DNA of 64,000 nt from positions 4,288,001-4,352,000 of the forward strand of contig OX638351.1 of NCBI GenBank assembly GCA_951813565.1, in the 5' to 3' direction. This stretch comes from an uncultured Poribacteria bacterium (GTDB lineage Bacteria; Poribacteria; WGA-4E; WGA-3G). A program made the translations under genes and the position numbers. Every line of letters begins with the position of its first letter. Positions within the stretch are counted from its first letter, which is position 1. Of this stretch, positions 37,941 to 49,270 are shown piece by piece. The notes beneath the pieces are model-generated. The model was not told the DNA's origin and ran no database searches. It worked only from the letters and a program-made list of their open reading frames with translations.

Positions 37941-40589
37941 ATGAAAGTCCGTTTACTTTTAATTTTGTTATTGTTGGCTATCACACCTTTACCAATTTTA
38001 GCACAAACAGGAAATGTTGAAGGCACTATCTATCAGCGAAGTACAGGGGAACCGCTTGAAGGCGCAGATGTTCACATCCTCGAAACAGATCAACACCAAA
38101 AAACTGATGCAAATGGAAAGTTTCGGTTCACCGGAATTTCTATAGGCACTTATACCCTATCCGTGTCTCACCCAAATTTCAACACACCTGAAAAGACGAT
38201 AATTGAAATGAGTGCAAACAAAACGATTCAAGGCAAAATCTACCTTGGACCAGCGTTTCAATTGGAAAAAGATACTGCAACAGGCGATATTGAAGGCACT
38301 GTCTATGATCGTGATACCGGTGCGTTATTAGCAGGCGCAGAAGTTAACATTGTGGAAACCGAGCAACGTCAGGAGACCAAAAGGGATGGAAAATTCCGAT
38401 TCACCGACATCACTCCTGGAACTTATACTATCTCAATAAAACATCTCGCTTTCGACACACCAACGGAAACCAAGGTGGAAATCAAAGCGGGCGGGACAAC
38501 CCAAGTCAAAATATATTTGGGACCGGTTTTCAAACTTGAAACAGTTATTGTAAAAGGAAAACGAATCCCACCAACTATCAGTCGAAAAGAGATACGCGGA
38601 TCAGAAATAAGACGTATCACAGGTACCGGTGGTGATGCCCTTAAAGCATTGACAACGCTTCCGAGCATAGGTATTCCTAACGATGTTTTTGGTATTCTCT
38701 ATATTCGTGGCAGTGAACCGGGGTCTACACGCTACTATTTTGATCGGGTACCGTTGGGATATCCGTTTCATTTTGGCGGGATTTTCTCAACAATTTATTC
38801 GGGTGCCATTGATGATATTCACATTTACGCGGGCGGCTACGGTGCGGAATTCGGCTTGGATTCGCAATCGGTTATTGATATACATTCACCAGATTGGATA
38901 GAGAAAAAGAGGGCTGGTGTTCTTGATATTAACATTTTATATCCGCAAGTTTACATTCAAACCAAGATTGGTCAGAAAGGGTATGCTTCCGCTGCTCTCC
39001 GACGCGACCTCTCTGGTCTCATCTTTAACCGCTTTTTTAACTTTACACTTCCGCGCTTTTCTGATTATCAACTCAAGTTTGTTTATGCATTCACTGATAA
39101 CCATACCTTAACACTCAACACTTTGGGTGCGACAGATCATTTTGATTTCTCTAATTTTATATTTGATGACACAGAGGAAGACAGTAACTTTTCTGCCTAT
39201 TACAAAAACGGGTTTGAAGGAGCAGGCATTCATCTGCGTTCAGAGTTTGCAGATAGATTCACATCTCACATGTCCCTAACGCGTTCTTTTAACTTCCTCA
39301 ATATGCAGTTTGGCACTCCTTTTGATACTGATGAAAGCCCAACGCGAGAAGGAGTATTCACAGATACAAAGACGAGGGTTCCTGCATATCAACTTCGGAC
39401 AGATATTGCCTATGAAATAACAGACAATTTCCAGTTTGAGCCAGGTTTTCTCTTATCCTACAGTCCAGCTGACAGTTCTTCTTATTCCACCCGCGCATTC
39501 GTGGACGAAGATTCTGATGATGGCGAACTGGTTGGGAGTAGGTCGCTTGACGAATTTAGTTACCCGTTTCGCCGTGCTGAGGGTTATCTGCAGGGACGGT
39601 ATGACCCGTTTTCATTTTTATCACTCGCGCTTGGCGTACGGTTCGACTATCTCAATATGACAAACGAACTCTCAACGCAGCCAAGAGCAAGCATGAGTGT
39701 CAAACTGCCTATCGGTACTGACGTCCGTTTCGCCTATGGTCAATACGAGCAAAGTCCTTTAGCATATCAGGTACTAAAGGATGGAGGAAATCGATCACTG
39801 AAATCCAGTGTAGCACAGCATTATATTATGGAATTGGAACACAACTTATCCCCGCATACAGAATTGAAGTTTGCCACCTATTATAAAGACTTGCAGAAAT
39901 TGGTTTCACGAAACATTGACTTTGATGCGCTTATTGCCTCCCTTGAAGATGCAACTGTAGCTGTTCCTTCTTTTGATTATTTCAACCAAGGCGACGGTTT
40001 CGTGAGTGGCGTAGAGGCTTTCTTGCGGCATCGAATCGAGGATAGGTTCTTCGGCTGGGTTTCATACGCATATACACATTCAGAACGGCGCAACCATCCC
40101 AACGATGCCTACAAACCTTATCTATTTGATCATAGCCATATTGTGAGCATTGTTGCAAACTATAACCTCAGTCATAATTCCGAACTCGGTATGAAATGGC
40201 AGTTTTTAAGCGGAACGTCTGCAGCACCAATAGGTGCACTGTTCCAAATCCAAGACCCTGTGACGCTTGGTATGAACAAGATTATCTCCGATAACCTGGG
40301 AGCTATTCTTGAGGCTGAATTACCTCCCTACCACCGATTAGATTTAAGGTGGAGCCGCAAGAGTCGGTATTTTGGTTTGCCTGTCACCGAATTTATAGAA
40401 ATATGGAATGCGTATTTCTTTTTGCACCAAAACAGTATGAGGTTAGGCGTTTCCAATCAGGTTTTAGATGTCATTGAAAATATTGCGCCTGAAGATTTGC
40501 CCGAAGATTTTGATCCAGCAACATTGGAGTCTATTAAAGTCCCACAAATCCCCTTTTTATTTACTGTCGGCGTTACCTATGAATTTTAG
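37941..40589 (+). CDS. TonB-dependent receptor with two N-terminal carboxypeptidase-regulatory-like domains
   Basis: Signal peptide, duplicated TG.IEGTVY..TG..L.GA domain, plug (LYIRGS, GGYGAEFG), terminal YEF. Confidence 0.92.
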   Translation: MKVRLLLILLLLAITPLPILAQTGNVEGTIYQRSTGEPLEGADVHILETDQHQKTDANGKFRFTGISIGTYTLSVSHPNFNTPEKTIIEMSANKTIQGKIYLGPAFQLEKDTATGDIEGTVYDRDTGALLAGAEVNIVETEQRQETKRDGKFRFTDITPGTYTISIKHLAFDTPTETKVEIKAGGTTQVKIYLGPVFKLETVIVKGKRIPPTISRKEIRGSEIRRITGTGGDALKALTTLPSIGIPNDVFGILYIRGSEPGSTRYYFDRVPLGYPFHFGGIFSTIYSGAIDDIHIYAGGYGAEFGLDSQSVIDIHSPDWIEKKRAGVLDINILYPQVYIQTKIGQKGYASAALRRDLSGLIFNRFFNFTLPRFSDYQLKFVYAFTDNHTLTLNTLGATDHFDFSNFIFDDTEEDSNFSAYYKNGFEGAGIHLRSEFADRFTSHMSLTRSFNFLNMQFGTPFDTDESPTREGVFTDTKTRVPAYQLRTDIAYEITDNFQFEPGFLLSYSPADSSSYSTRAFVDEDSDDGELVGSRSLDEFSYPFRRAEGYLQGRYDPFSFLSLALGVRFDYLNMTNELSTQPRASMSVKLPIGTDVRFAYGQYEQSPLAYQVLKDGGNRSLKSSVAQHYIMELEHNLSPHTELKFATYYKDLQKLVSRNIDFDALIASLEDATVAVPSFDYFNQGDGFVSGVEAFLRHRIEDRFFGWVSYAYTHSERRNHPNDAYKPYLFDHSHIVSIVANYNLSHNSELGMKWQFLSGTSAAPIGALFQIQDPVTLGMNKIISDNLGAILEAELPPYHRLDLRWSRKSRYFGLPVTEFIEIWNAYFFLHQNSMRLGVSNQVLDVIENIAPEDLPEDFDPATLESIKVPQIPFLFTVGVTYEF

Positions 40590-40594
40590 TTTAG

Positions 40595-41959
40595 CACTCC
40601 CCGTCAAACCCCCTGCCTTTAGGTAGGGGATGTCCACGGCGAAAGTTTTGATTTAAAATATACTTTTCAATCTAATCACAATGTGGTATAATATATCATA
40701 CTATAGTGTAACTCTTGAAGTGATAAAAGACTATATTGAAGGTCAAAGTGGACAATGAGAAAATCTCACAAGTTCAAACTTCAAAATCAATCTAACACAA
40801 TCAAACTCGGCAATATGCTTGATGATATGTGGCAAATCCATGTGCATATCATGCGTTTGGCACGTAGGTATTATCGCATGTTCGGCAAAAATTTGTCTGC
40901 GTATCGTCTGAAGGCACACGTCACACAACTTAAAAAGACAACTAAACCGCATTGGGCAGCCTTGCCGAGTCAAGTTGTGCAAGACGTTGTCCTACGTTAT
41001 GGTAAATCACAAGACGCATTTTTCCAAAATATAGCAAGCCGCAAATCAGGTAAAACAACGCGTAAAGTGGGTAGACCGAAAATCAAACCGCGCCACAAAT
41101 ACAACTCCATGACCTTCACACAAGCGGGCTACAAACTTGAAGATAATCGTATCAAAATCAACTGTATAGATACATGGTTTTCCTACCACAAACACCGTGA
41201 AATCAAAGGAACTATCAAGACAATCACAATCAAACGCGATAAGTGCGGTGACTATTGGATATGCTTTTCGTGCGAGAATGTTGACGATCCCGAACCCAAA
41301 CCCAAGACAGGTAAGAGCGCAGGATTTGATTACGGAAACAAAACATTCCTCACAAGCGACGAAGGGGACACAATAGAATCCCCGCAGTTTTTCAAACAAT
41401 CACTCAACACGTTGCGATCTCTCAACAAAGCACTCAGTCGTAAAGTCAAAGGTTCTAACAACTATTATCGTGCGTGCCGTGCTTTAGCAAGACAACACAG
41501 AAAAGTTGCCCGACAAAGAGAAGATTGGCAATGGAAACTTGCCTCAAAACTTTGTGTAGAGTTTGACACACTCATTTTGGAAACGCTGAACCTTGACGGT
41601 ATGAAACGATTATGGGGACGTAAAGTTTCTGACCATTCTTTCTACCAGTTTCTTCAGATATTGGAACAGAAGTGTGCGAAGCACGGCAAAAAACTTGTGC
41701 AAATCTCGCAATGGATAGCAACAACAAAACCTTGTAGTGATTGTGGATACCATAACGAAGAACTCTCTCTCGCAGATAGACAGTGGACATGCCCCGAATG
41801 TGGGTCACACCACGACAGAGACATCAATGCTGCTATCAATATCAAACGGGCAGGCTTGGCTGCCTAAAGTGGAGCGACAATAAGACGGTGGACGCTAAGC
41901 GAAAACCGCAGTCGCGAGGAAGCACAAGCCCCTACCTTTAGGTAGTAGGTACCTATGAC
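40595..41959 (+). mobile_element. IS200/IS605-family tnpB-only derivative, copy 2
   Basis: Same ends as copy 1; tnpA is deleted except for the last ~13 codons; preceded by TTAG. Confidence 0.93.
40755..41867 (+). CDS. tnpB: RNA-guided endonuclease TnpB
   Basis: Intact D-E-D RuvC triad and zinc finger. Confidence 0.96.
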   Translation: MRKSHKFKLQNQSNTIKLGNMLDDMWQIHVHIMRLARRYYRMFGKNLSAYRLKAHVTQLKKTTKPHWAALPSQVVQDVVLRYGKSQDAFFQNIASRKSGKTTRKVGRPKIKPRHKYNSMTFTQAGYKLEDNRIKINCIDTWFSYHKHREIKGTIKTITIKRDKCGDYWICFSCENVDDPEPKPKTGKSAGFDYGNKTFLTSDEGDTIESPQFFKQSLNTLRSLNKALSRKVKGSNNYYRACRALARQHRKVARQREDWQWKLASKLCVEFDTLILETLNLDGMKRLWGRKVSDHSFYQFLQILEQKCAKHGKKLVQISQWIATTKPCSDCGYHNEELSLADRQWTCPECGSHHDRDINAAINIKRAGLAA

Positions 41960-41979
41960 CAATCTTGAGACAATATGTT
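41868..41979 (+). ncRNA. Predicted TnpB omegaRNA (3' part plus guide), copy 2
   Basis: GCGAC...GTCGC and CCTACC-TTTA-GGTAG stems, ending TATGAC and followed by unique flank. Confidence 0.65.
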
Positions 41980-42147
41980 GTAAAATTAACGTGCGTTTGA
42001 TAATAATATCCAAATGTATATGTCCGTTGGATAGAGCGAAGCGAAACCGAACAATTCAACCGTTGGGTGTAAAAATAGTTGGGTTTCAGGTTGTTCTACC
42101 CAATCTACGATATTTTTCTATCACCTATCCGCATAGGAGTTATTAAT

Positions 42148-44598
42148 TTGAAAAAAAGTCTTTTCTGGCTATTACTCGTTTTTATACTTCCAATATCTGC
42201 ATTAGCACAAACAGGCACGATTGAAGGCACTGTCTATGACCAAACCACCGGAAAACCACTTGCAGGCGCAGAAGTCCACATCCTTGAAACTAACGAACGC
42301 CAAAAAAGCGATGCAGACGGTAAAGCTTGGTTCACAGGTATTGCGCCCGGCACATACACCCTCACAATCACACATCCCTCTTTTACCACACCTACAAGGA
42401 CCTCCGTTGAGGTTACCGCAGGGCATACCACACAAGCAAACATGTCCCTCGGCGAAGTTTTTGAGTTAGAAACAGTTGTCGTTGAAGGGGAACGCATTCC
42501 GCCAACGGTAAGCCGTAAGGACATTCGCGGCAGCGAACTGCTACGTATTGCAGGTGTAGGCACCGATGCACTAAAGGGATTAACAACGCTTCCCAGCATC
42601 GGTATTCCAAACGATTTTTTTGGAATACTCTATATCCGTGGCAGCGACCCTGGATCTAACCTCTACTATCTTGACCGAACCCCACTCGGCTATCCGTTTC
42701 ACTGGGGCGGCTTGCTTTCTACTATCAGTTCAGAGACTATTGATAAGATAGACATCTACGCTGGTGGATACGGCGCGCAATTCGGTTTGGATTCGCAATC
42801 CGTGATTGACATCCATGCACGCGACAGCATTAAGGAACGGTTAGATGGAAAATTTAATCTGAACATTTGGTATTCTGAAGGTTTACTTGAAGGAAAAATC
42901 GGAGAGAAAGGGTACTTATCTGTCTCCGGACGGAGAAGTTACTTAGATCTAATCGTTGGCCCGATTTTTGAAAGGCAATCTGGATCAGAGCAGCAGTTCC
43001 CGTACTTTTCAGATTATCAGCTCAAACTTTCCTACCCGATCACTAAAAACCACGATCTTACTGTTAATGCATTCGCTGCGACCGATCACTTTCATTTTGA
43101 AATAGAGGAAGAAGTTAATGGAACAGAGGCAACAGATGATGAGATAGAGGTAACAGATGATGAAACAGGAACCGAGCCTTTTCAGGCTTCTATCTTTTTC
43201 AAAAACGGTTTTAATGGACAGGGTATCCATCTTCGTTCAAAATTCACCGAAAATCTCACTTCACATTTGTCGCTGACACGTTCACTCAACTTTCTTGATA
43301 TAGACGCAAGTCTGATTACTTCTGAGACTACCGTCCGAGATGATGGTGAATTGATTTCGAGATCCGCAGATACTCTTGAGTACGAGTTAAAGGTTAACGT
43401 TCCAGTCTACACCCTCCGCGAAGATATATCTTATAGATTATCACCTAAGATACAACTTGAACCGGGTTTTCTTTTCGCTTTCAGTCCCGCGAATAGTACT
43501 GAACACGCCAGCTATCCAACATTTGGAGAAGTGTTGGATGAAGAGACAGAGTTCGAATTAATGCGTACAGATCCAGGGAAAGTTAGGTTTGACGATGATG
43601 GAAATGCACGATTAAGCACGACTGAAACCAGAGATTACGAATTTGGACATGACTTACAACGTGCGGAGGGTTATCTACAGACGCGATACGACCCATTACC
43701 TGCGCTTTCAGTGGCGCTCGGTGTTAGGCTTGATTACCTGGATTTGATAAAGCAGGTTTCCATTCAACCACGCGGGAGCGTAAGTATCACACTTCCAACC
43801 GGTTCAAACCTCCGTTTCGCTTACGGGCATTATGAACAGAGTCCACAACTTTCTCAGCTGCTGTCAGAAAATGGGAACGCTGCGTTAAAATCCAGTCTTG
43901 CACGCCACTATATCATGGAGATAGAACATGAACTCTCATCTCAAACAGAATTTAAGTTCGCTACATACTACAAAGACATGCAAAAATTGATTGCCGAGGA
44001 TGAGGTGTCAAATTTCCTCAATCAAGGAGCTTCGTATGTGGGCGGTGTTGAGTTGTTCCTACGACATCGTGTCCCCGATAAGTTCTTCGGTTGGATTTCT
44101 TATGCATACACACACGCAGAACGGCGAGAAAATGCAGATGTTGCATATCAACCCTATCTTTTTGATAACACACACATCGTTAGTGTTGTGGCAAACTATA
44201 GCTTCAGCAAGGATTTTGAGATCGGTGCGAAGTGGCAATACTTAAGCGGAACATCTGGGGCACCTTTTAGCACAATCATTCCTATTCAAGACCCAGTAAC
44301 GCTTGGATTAAACCCACTCTTTGCAGGTTTGGACCGAACCGTATGGGTGAAACTAACACCGTACCACAAATTAGATTTCAGAATTAGCAAAAAATGGAGT
44401 CTTTTTGGAATGAAGATCGGTGGCTTCATTGAAATTCTGAACGTATACAATCGTAGAAATGCTATTCAGTTTATTCAGCAAGCGGGAACATTTGAGGTTC
44501 TGGGTGAAGAATTCACAGTTGAAGAACATGAGACTGAGGAAGAGGAAGGTAATCAACTTCCAAGGTTGCCCTATTTCGGCTTGACGATTGAATTTTGA
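42148..44598 (+). CDS. TonB-dependent receptor
   Basis: TTG start after AGGAG; signal peptide, plug motifs, terminal IEF. Confidence 0.92.
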   Translation: MKKSLFWLLLVFILPISALAQTGTIEGTVYDQTTGKPLAGAEVHILETNERQKSDADGKAWFTGIAPGTYTLTITHPSFTTPTRTSVEVTAGHTTQANMSLGEVFELETVVVEGERIPPTVSRKDIRGSELLRIAGVGTDALKGLTTLPSIGIPNDFFGILYIRGSDPGSNLYYLDRTPLGYPFHWGGLLSTISSETIDKIDIYAGGYGAQFGLDSQSVIDIHARDSIKERLDGKFNLNIWYSEGLLEGKIGEKGYLSVSGRRSYLDLIVGPIFERQSGSEQQFPYFSDYQLKLSYPITKNHDLTVNAFAATDHFHFEIEEEVNGTEATDDEIEVTDDETGTEPFQASIFFKNGFNGQGIHLRSKFTENLTSHLSLTRSLNFLDIDASLITSETTVRDDGELISRSADTLEYELKVNVPVYTLREDISYRLSPKIQLEPGFLFAFSPANSTEHASYPTFGEVLDEETEFELMRTDPGKVRFDDDGNARLSTTETRDYEFGHDLQRAEGYLQTRYDPLPALSVALGVRLDYLDLIKQVSIQPRGSVSITLPTGSNLRFAYGHYEQSPQLSQLLSENGNAALKSSLARHYIMEIEHELSSQTEFKFATYYKDMQKLIAEDEVSNFLNQGASYVGGVELFLRHRVPDKFFGWISYAYTHAERRENADVAYQPYLFDNTHIVSVVANYSFSKDFEIGAKWQYLSGTSGAPFSTIIPIQDPVTLGLNPLFAGLDRTVWVKLTPYHKLDFRISKKWSLFGMKIGGFIEILNVYNRRNAIQFIQQAGTFEVLGEEFTVEEHETEEEEGNQLPRLPYFGLTIEF

Positions 44599-44707
44599 TT
44601 ATTCAAATTACATATCAATTTTGCAATTCTGGCAATAGATATAGTATAATTTAACGTATCAAATGTAACATGAAATTTCAAGACATTGAGCATAGGAGTT
44701 ATACATC

Positions 44708-46930
44708 ATGAGATATTTTTTATGTCTGCTAATGGTTTTAATAATCCCTACAGCAGTCTTTGCCCAAACAGGTGTGATTGAAGGCACTGTTTATAGTAGA
44801 GGCACGGATGAACCGTTAGCAGGTGCAGAAGTTCATATCATTGAACTTGACAAGCGCATACAGACAGACGAAAAAGGAAAATTCTCTATAAAGGAAATTC
44901 CCGAAGGTCAATATACCATATCAATATCATTGCCAAATTCAGAATCGACCGAAAAAATCTCTGTTACCGTTGAAGCTGGCAAAACGCTTACACCTAACAT
45001 ATTCATCAGCGCAGTTGACTATCAACTTGAGGACGTGGAGGTAAAGACGAAACGTGTTCCGAAAAGTGTTAGTAAAAAGAGTATTGAATCTCAAGAAATA
45101 ACACGTATCCCCGGCACTGCGGGTGATGCGCTTCGTGCCTTGCCTGCTATTCCGGGGATTGGTGTAGCGAACGATTTTAGCGGCGCACTCTATATCCGCG
45201 GTGGTTCTGATACAGACAATCTCTACTACTTTGACCGCGTGCCCGTCGGTTATCCCTACCACTTTGGTGGACTCGTTTCGTCATTGAGTTCCGAAATCAT
45301 TGATAGAATTGATGTCTACGCAGGGGGTTATGGTGCTGAGTATGGTGTGGATTCTCAAGCCGTAATAGACATCTATTCGCAAAGCAGCAGTCCGGAGAAT
45401 ATGCGTGGAAAATTTAATCTCAATCTGCTTTACTCAGAGGGATTACTGCAAGGAAAAATCGGTGAAAAAGGGTATTGGTATGCTGCTGGACGTAGAAGTT
45501 ACATAGATCTATTCATCGGTTCACTCTCATTTGACACAGGAGCGATCACTGCCTTTCCTCGTTTTTGGGATTATCAACTCAAAGCAGGCTACGACCTCAG
45601 CGAAAAACACCAGCTTTTTTTCAATCTTTTTGCATCAGGTGATAAGTTTGCCGTGCAATTAGATGGTGAAAATGTAGACGAAGATTTTAGAGGTGATACC
45701 AGCTTTGAAAGTGGATTTGAAGGCGGTGGGATCCACCTGCGTTCCTCGCTAACAGACCGGCTTACTTCCTATTTATCTTTTACCCGTTCGAACTTTCTAT
45801 TTGACGTCAATTTCGGCCCACTAATTTCTCTATATATTGATGCGCCCACCTACACACTTCGCGAAGACTTATCCTATGAAATAAACGAAAAACATCGTTT
45901 GGAATCAGGACTCATTCTCGGACTTGAACCCGGTGAGGTAACCGGGACCTTCACACGAATCCCAGATGAGGGTGAGGTAGAGTTTGATATCCGATTTGAG
46001 GATAAGTTTGAAATTAATGAGACCGTCCGAGGACAACGGATTGAAACATATTTACAAGATAGGTATAACCTACTCCCTTATTTATCGGTTGTATTTGGAC
46101 TTCGGACAGATTATTTCAGCGAAATTGACGAGGTCTCTATTCAACCTCGCGGTAGCGTACGGCTTGAACTTCCTAACAGTTCCGAACTTCAATTTGCCTA
46201 TGGTATTTACAATCAAGCGCCGATTCCTGGGCAACTTTCACCGAGTGTTGGGAATCCGGAGTTAAAGTCCAGTCAGGCGAGTCATTACATCCTTGAACTC
46301 AAACGTCAACTGTCACCAGATACAGAAATCAAAATGGCCGCTTATTACAAAAACCTTGCCAACTTAGTGACTGCTGATGAGGCATCCGTCTATCAAAATC
46401 AGGGTGAGGGGTATGCGCAAGGAACAGAAATATTTCTTAGGCATCGGCGTGGCGATAAGTTTTTTGGATGGGTTTCCTACGCTTACGCGCTGTCAAAACG
46501 ACGCGACCGTATTGGAGAACCTTATCGTTACTATTCGTTTGATCAAACACATGTCGCTACCGTTGCAGCAAGTTATAACCTCACGCCTACTTGGGAATTC
46601 GGTGCGAAATGGCAGTACCGAACTGGCAACCCATATACACCTGTTATTGATGCATCACTCATACTTGATCCGAGAAATGGAAAACCTATCTATCTTCCTA
46701 ATTATGGTGAAACGAACTCAGAAAGATTACCTCCTTACCACAGGTTGGACCTACGGGTGAGCAAAGCTTTTCGATTTAATAGTTGGGAATTAGGCATCTT
46801 TTTAGAACTACTTAACGCCTATAACCGACAGAATCTCCTTGATTATCGATATAACGAAGACTATACAGAGAGAAGTTCAATTTATCAGTTGCCTATTATC
46901 CCTTATTTAGGTATTACAGCGGAATTCTAA
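44708..46930 (+). CDS. TonB-dependent receptor
   Basis: Paralog of the neighbouring receptors; terminal AEF. Confidence 0.93.
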   Translation: MRYFLCLLMVLIIPTAVFAQTGVIEGTVYSRGTDEPLAGAEVHIIELDKRIQTDEKGKFSIKEIPEGQYTISISLPNSESTEKISVTVEAGKTLTPNIFISAVDYQLEDVEVKTKRVPKSVSKKSIESQEITRIPGTAGDALRALPAIPGIGVANDFSGALYIRGGSDTDNLYYFDRVPVGYPYHFGGLVSSLSSEIIDRIDVYAGGYGAEYGVDSQAVIDIYSQSSSPENMRGKFNLNLLYSEGLLQGKIGEKGYWYAAGRRSYIDLFIGSLSFDTGAITAFPRFWDYQLKAGYDLSEKHQLFFNLFASGDKFAVQLDGENVDEDFRGDTSFESGFEGGGIHLRSSLTDRLTSYLSFTRSNFLFDVNFGPLISLYIDAPTYTLREDLSYEINEKHRLESGLILGLEPGEVTGTFTRIPDEGEVEFDIRFEDKFEINETVRGQRIETYLQDRYNLLPYLSVVFGLRTDYFSEIDEVSIQPRGSVRLELPNSSELQFAYGIYNQAPIPGQLSPSVGNPELKSSQASHYILELKRQLSPDTEIKMAAYYKNLANLVTADEASVYQNQGEGYAQGTEIFLRHRRGDKFFGWVSYAYALSKRRDRIGEPYRYYSFDQTHVATVAASYNLTPTWEFGAKWQYRTGNPYTPVIDASLILDPRNGKPIYLPNYGETNSERLPPYHRLDLRVSKAFRFNSWELGIFLELLNAYNRQNLLDYRYNEDYTERSSIYQLPIIPYLGITAEF

Positions 46931-46965
46931 ATGGTTTTCTTCGGAGTAGAAACCTGAAATATATC

Positions 46966-49032
46966 TTGATCCTTTTATTTTTTATAATTCCTCTCAGTGC
47001 CATCGGACAAAGCGGTGATCCTATCAAAGACGATGCATCGGATGATACTATCACCTTACCACCAGTAGTAGTCGAAGCAGAACGGATAGAAAAGAAACCA
47101 AGACACACTTTCAAAGGGTCTACATTTAGAAATGCCATTGGAACAGGTGGAGATCCGTTACGGCTTTTAAACCAACTGCCAAGTGTTGGTGTTTTGAATG
47201 ATTTTGCCGGAATCCTTTCCGTGCGTGGCGGTGGACCTGAAGATAATCTCTACTATTTTGATCGCTTACCCTTGGGGTATCCATATCATCTCTACGGAAT
47301 CGTTTCTACAGTAAATGCAGAGGTAATTCAAAATGTTGAAGTGTACCCAGGCGGGTACGGTGCAGAATTTGGTTCCGATTCTCAAGCAGTCATTGACATC
47401 TATTCCCGGAGTATCACGGATACTCGCTTGGGAGGTAAACTCAATTCCAATCTGGTGTATTCCCAAGCGTTTCTTGAAGGAAATATCGGTAAACGCGGAT
47501 ATTGGTACGCTTTTGGTCGGCGTAGTTATATGGGACCGCTTTTTGAATTGTTGCCGAGTTTAGTGAAGGTTGAGGAGGATTTAGTAACTCAGGTGCCGAG
47601 TTTCTGGAGTTATCAGGGAAAGGCAGTTTACCAATTAACTAAGAACCACAGGTTGGTCGTTAACACTATTGCAGCAGACGATTCAGCTGAATTTCGCCTC
47701 GGTCCCGATGAAGTCTCTGATAGTGACTTGCGTGGTCCATTGAAATCGGAAAATCCTTTTGATTCACAAGGCATTCATCTCTATTCTGAAAAAGAAAAGA
47801 CGTTTAGGTCTGTTGTATCATTGACACGGTCATTTTCTCGTAGGGCATTAAAATACGGTGACGGATACTTCTATGGAAACACGGATAGTGTCTATTCACT
47901 TCGTGGCGATCTTCAGTATTGGGTTAAATTTCCGAAGACATTGATAGAATCAGGTTTTGATCTTTCATATCTACCGTCAAGTCTTAACAGCATCGGGGCA
48001 CGCCCACTTGAAGAAGGTGATTGGGACTATGACTTTAGGTTAAAGGCACAGGGAGAGAAAGTCCACACTGTCACATCTAAAGCCCTGCATCGACTTGAAG
48101 GTTATCTGCAGGCAACGCAAGACCTCATTTCATCTCGCTATGCTGCCCTCTATGCCACTATAGGAATGCGAGCAAATTACTTTAATCTGATTGACTCCTT
48201 TTCGCTTCAGCCACGCGGGTTACTCGGTTTAACACTTGGTCCTGAACCAACAAACGGTGTGGGATTATCTTTTCTACCGATAGACCTGCGTTTTATGTTT
48301 GGAAATTATGTGCAAAATCCACGCCTCTTCCAAGTCGCGCTTGGAAACGAAAATCCTGAGATCGCGCCCAGTTTAGCAAGACATTACGTTGTTGCAATTG
48401 AAAAAAGGCTGACATCGGAAACAAAGGTTGAAGTTGCAGGCTATTACAAAAACCTTAGCGATATGATTACCTTCAACCTATCAGAGAAACGCTACGAAAA
48501 TCTGAAAACTGGGTCTGTGAAAGGTGTTGAAGTTTCACTGGAACACGAAATCGGAGAAGCTTTTCGGGGTTGGGTTGCCTATTCCTATACTGTTTCAAAA
48601 CGTCAAGATTCCCCTCACGAAAAAGAAAGAGATTTTATGTTTGGTACCCCTCATGTTTTGGCAATTAATCTGAACTCCACTTTTGAGTCGTGGGAATTCG
48701 GCGCGAATTGGCAATACAAGAGTGGGGTTCTGTATACCACATTAGAAGGCAGAGAAGAGTATATCAACCCGTTCACTAAAAACCAAACCTGGCTGCCGAT
48801 TTGGGGCACCCAAAAACGCACAGCACCATATCACCGTTTGGATCTACGTGTTCATTACTCCTTCATTCGTTTAGATAATTTAAAGGGTGGATTTACTTTT
48901 GAACTTTGGAACGCTTATAATCGTAGAAATATCCTCCAAGTCCGCTATGGTGAGCACTTTACAAAAGAGGTGCCGATTGCCCAATTGCCGATTGTCCCGT
49001 TCTTTGCGTTCACATTGGAATTAAGAATGTAA
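46966..49032 (+). CDS. TonB-dependent receptor lacking the N-terminal extension domain
   Basis: Plug motifs SVRGG and PGGYGAEFG; the start may be CTG at 46954; ends LELRM. Confidence 0.9.
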   Translation: MILLFFIIPLSAIGQSGDPIKDDASDDTITLPPVVVEAERIEKKPRHTFKGSTFRNAIGTGGDPLRLLNQLPSVGVLNDFAGILSVRGGGPEDNLYYFDRLPLGYPYHLYGIVSTVNAEVIQNVEVYPGGYGAEFGSDSQAVIDIYSRSITDTRLGGKLNSNLVYSQAFLEGNIGKRGYWYAFGRRSYMGPLFELLPSLVKVEEDLVTQVPSFWSYQGKAVYQLTKNHRLVVNTIAADDSAEFRLGPDEVSDSDLRGPLKSENPFDSQGIHLYSEKEKTFRSVVSLTRSFSRRALKYGDGYFYGNTDSVYSLRGDLQYWVKFPKTLIESGFDLSYLPSSLNSIGARPLEEGDWDYDFRLKAQGEKVHTVTSKALHRLEGYLQATQDLISSRYAALYATIGMRANYFNLIDSFSLQPRGLLGLTLGPEPTNGVGLSFLPIDLRFMFGNYVQNPRLFQVALGNENPEIAPSLARHYVVAIEKRLTSETKVEVAGYYKNLSDMITFNLSEKRYENLKTGSVKGVEVSLEHEIGEAFRGWVAYSYTVSKRQDSPHEKERDFMFGTPHVLAINLNSTFESWEFGANWQYKSGVLYTTLEGREEYINPFTKNQTWLPIWGTQKRTAPYHRLDLRVHYSFIRLDNLKGGFTFELWNAYNRRNILQVRYGEHFTKEVPIAQLPIVPFFAFTLELRM

Positions 49033-49257
49033 GAGGCGCAGCATGCCACACGGGGAATGCCATAAGGCATTCAGACCCGGTGAATGACTAAAGACGAATG
49101 CGCTTGGTAGAATACGCTTTTGGTATTCTACATGATTCGCCATGATTCATACCGTTGATTTCTTGATTTGGCGCATGCTGCGTTGATTTGGCAATGAATT
49201 GCGCGACTACGAACAGATAATTTGAAAATGAGAAGTTATTTTTCAGAAATGGTATAA
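49023..49257. repeat. REP with a 153-bp nested micro-insertion and a MITE-like right end
   Basis: AAGAGGC[49038-49190]GCAATGAATTGCGCGACTAC, followed by AATGAGAAGTTATT...GAAATGGTAT. Confidence 0.85.
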
Positions 49258-49270
49258 CTTAAAAAGAAAT

